A stretch of 63,302 nt of DNA, counting the filler, from Asterionella formosa (lineage: Eukaryota): assembly GCA_002256025.1 (NCBI GenBank). It is 21 parts of 21 records of this genome, joined end to end, with 100 filler letters (N's around TTAATTAATTAA, not from the genome) between each part and the next. Parts side by side here need not be neighbours in the genome. Positions count along the whole stretch, not along the records: positions 62,109 to 63,302 come from NKIB01003763.1; 20 more parts are not named here. One strand, written 5' to 3'. Made by a program: the position numbers and the translations under genes. Shown here piece after piece: positions 62,109 to 63,302 of the stretch. Within the stretch, counting starts at the first letter, position 1, and every line of letters begins with the position of its first letter. Under the pieces are notes generated by a model, which was given only the letters and a program-made list of their open reading frames with translations, was not told the origin of the DNA and searched no databases.

Positions 62109-63302
62109 AATGACGATACAGATATCAAATTCTTCCTACGAGCAAACAACAGTGAAAAGAGCCACTTGCTTTCGCTCTCTTGATGGTATCAAAGATGCGG
62201 ACAAGTTCAATAGTTAATTCAAGTACAGTATGCCAAATGCAGAAACGAGCGAGCGATATGAAAATGAAATGCGTTCTAATCAGAATCAATCTATAACTAT
62301 AGCTATGTGGACAGTAGTCTGTTAAGCACATTTTCGTATCTCCTTCTATGCTGAATCTCAATAGTAGATGTAGTATCTGTTGTAACAACTACCGTATTCG
62401 ACCGTATCGTAGGCCTTGAAACTAGTACTGTGTTAATCGAATACAGTTGATGAAATTGATAGCAACGAGGAAGTTGTCAAACTTAAACTTTCACTTTACT
62501 AACTGGATTGTTTCGAGATAATGGTCTCGAAACACTCTTATTACTCACACTGCATTTTAACATTTTTTCTTGACCTCTGATTGCTTTTCCTTGCGTTGTG
62601 CCTTTTACCACGTCAGCCCAGGTAACTCTTGGTAGCGGCTGTACGGTTTTAACTGTAGTACTGTACTCTCTCGTGTCCACTATACCCTTCACTCCTGTCC
62701 TGTGGCAGTCAGCTCGAATTTTTTCAACAGTATCATGTGAGAATTGAAAATGTCAACGAGAACAAGTAGAATGTGTTTGTTTACGGGTTGATTGGCGAGA
62801 TTGTCATGCTGAAGTGGACGAAACGGATATACTTTGTGCGCAAAATCGGAAGTTGGTAGGGTTTATAATGTCGTTTATTTCTCCGTTCTGAATGATTGGA
62901 CCATTAATAGCAGCAGCATCATGATCTACTAAACTATCAAGGAATAAACCATTATCATAGTCATCGGCATCAAAACAAACTGTTTGAACGAAATCAATTT
63001 AACTTTCAAATGAATTATTTGAAACATCAACTAATTCAGTCTCGCGTTCAAAATTCATTGTGAAAACTTCACATGAAACAGTTAAAACTTCACATGAAAC
63101 CGTTGAAACTTCACATGAAACCGTTAAAACTTCACATGAAACCGTTAAAAGTAACCTTTTTTACGTGAAGAGTGCCATTAATGCATGTGAAGTACCACAT
63201 AATTAACACTCGTACGTAGACGAAATTTCGAAAAGTCAAATGAATTATTTGAAACATCAACTAATTCAGTCTCGCGTTCAAAATTCATTGTGAAAACTTC
63301 AC
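62109..63302 (-). repeat. Multi-copy 1194-bp repeat, copy 3
   Basis: Same as 60815-62008 with several substitutions (e.g. aattcaag vs aattaaag, gttaagca vs gttacgca). Confidence 0.92.

Noticed and set aside
60815..63302. Apparent tandem duplication
   Set aside because: The copies are separated by a linker, so they are independent contigs.

Overview
This is eukaryotic nuclear DNA, most likely from a diatom. The evidence is short GT-AG introns, a signal peptide plus 'AF' plastid-targeting motif, CoDi-type copia elements, and Fea1/ISIP2-like and PGRL1 homologues. The window is not contiguous. It joins 21 contigs with artificial 100-nt linkers (44 N + TTAATTAATTAA + 44 N): two ~19.3 kb scaffolds (1297-20608 and 28479-47772) and nineteen contigs of ~1.2 kb. 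Host genes are an HA-repeat protein, a FAM173-type methyltransferase, a membrane-anchored Fea1/ISIP2-like iron-uptake protein, a DUF1749/SidJ-like esterase, a monoacylglycerol lipase-like hydrolase, a plastid-targeted GST-HIT fusion and DDX6. Fragments of NAE1, MIP, PGRL1 and an ARM-repeat gene are also present. Much of the rest is transposon-derived: copia, gypsy, pogo/mariner, PIF/Harbinger and MITEs. The best candidate for an undescribed system is a decaying PIF/Harbinger element (15633 to beyond 20430). Besides its transposase and accessory ORF, it carries a frameshifted gene with 2OG-Fe(II) dioxygenase motifs, and a MITE with the same terminus sits at 43353-44331. Two other notable signals are widespread TA-CC(W)GG-TA arrays that look like stacked mariner/pogo excision footprints, and a compact virus-like GIY-YIG / ExoX-C / P-loop cassette. 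All family assignments come from motif recognition by eye; no database search was run.
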